Shown: positions 63,737 through 64,000 of the stretch, piece by piece
Layout of the letters: every line of letters starts with the position of its first letter
Numbering within the stretch: position 1 is the first letter of the stretch
Assembly (NCBI RefSeq): GCF_963921235.1
Contig: NC_086097.1
Span: forward strand, 73,410,001-73,474,000
Length of the DNA stretch: 64,000 nt
Reading direction: 5' to 3'
DNA from: Mobula hypostoma
Taxonomy: Eukaryota
Translations under genes and position numbers: made by a program
Notes under the pieces: generated by a model
The model's database searches: none
The model's input: only the letters and a program-made list of their open reading frames with translations
Told to the model about the DNA's origin: nothing

Positions 63737-64000
63737 ATATACAGTAGGTGACAAACAACAACGGACCCAGCACCAATCCCTGCTGGGATCACTACAGGCC
63801 TGGGTCAGAGAGATAATCATCTACAACCACTCCCTAGTATCTCCCTCTAAGCCAATGTTGAATCCAATTGAATACTTCATCCCAAATGCCAAGTGACTTG
63901 ACCTTCTGGACCAGCCTCCCATGCAGGACTTTATCAAATGCTTTGTTAAACATCTACCACCTTCCCTACATCGGGCTTGGTAACCTCCTCAAAAAATTCT

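Larger units (their letters stand above)
58805..64000 (-). mobile_element. Pieces of an old minus-strand CR1 (58805-59030, 59570-59690, 60950-61525, 63737-64000) hosting later insertions
   Basis: CR1 3' UTR and RT remnants collinear across the young CR1 and hAT insertions. Confidence 0.65.

Noticed and set aside
1..64000. Prokaryotic or viral systems (operons, retrons, defence islands), tRNA or rRNA genes
   Set aside because: No gene-dense coding or structural RNA genes seen; all RT motifs belong to eukaryotic retrotransposons

Overview
Eukaryotic (vertebrate) non-coding DNA. The repeat repertoire (CR1, Rex1/Babar, Penelope, V-SINE) suggests a cartilaginous fish, probably a ray; this is an inference. 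Only one host exon is recognisable: a 158-nt coding exon of STXBP6 (amisyn) at 5907-6064 (+). The rest is probably intron or downstream DNA filled with nested mobile elements: a decayed full-length Ty3/Gypsy chromovirus with a self-priming PBS, L1 and Tx1 3' fragments, many CR1 and Rex1 fragments, a Penelope element with many short Penelope termini, and Tc1, hAT, Harbinger and pogo-like remnants. Two observations stand out. (1) A single 7.36-kb solo LTR with a perfect 5-bp TSD has an interior expanded into a 6.6-kb G-rich, CpG-rich 30-bp minisatellite with 429-bp and 2989-bp higher-order periods. The giant ORFs there are compositional artefacts. (2) Short TSD-flanked Penelope-terminus insertions carry a minimal type I hammerhead ribozyme motif, and several begin or fold back at that motif. 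Boundaries of old fragments are approximate and family names come from recalled motifs, not database searches.
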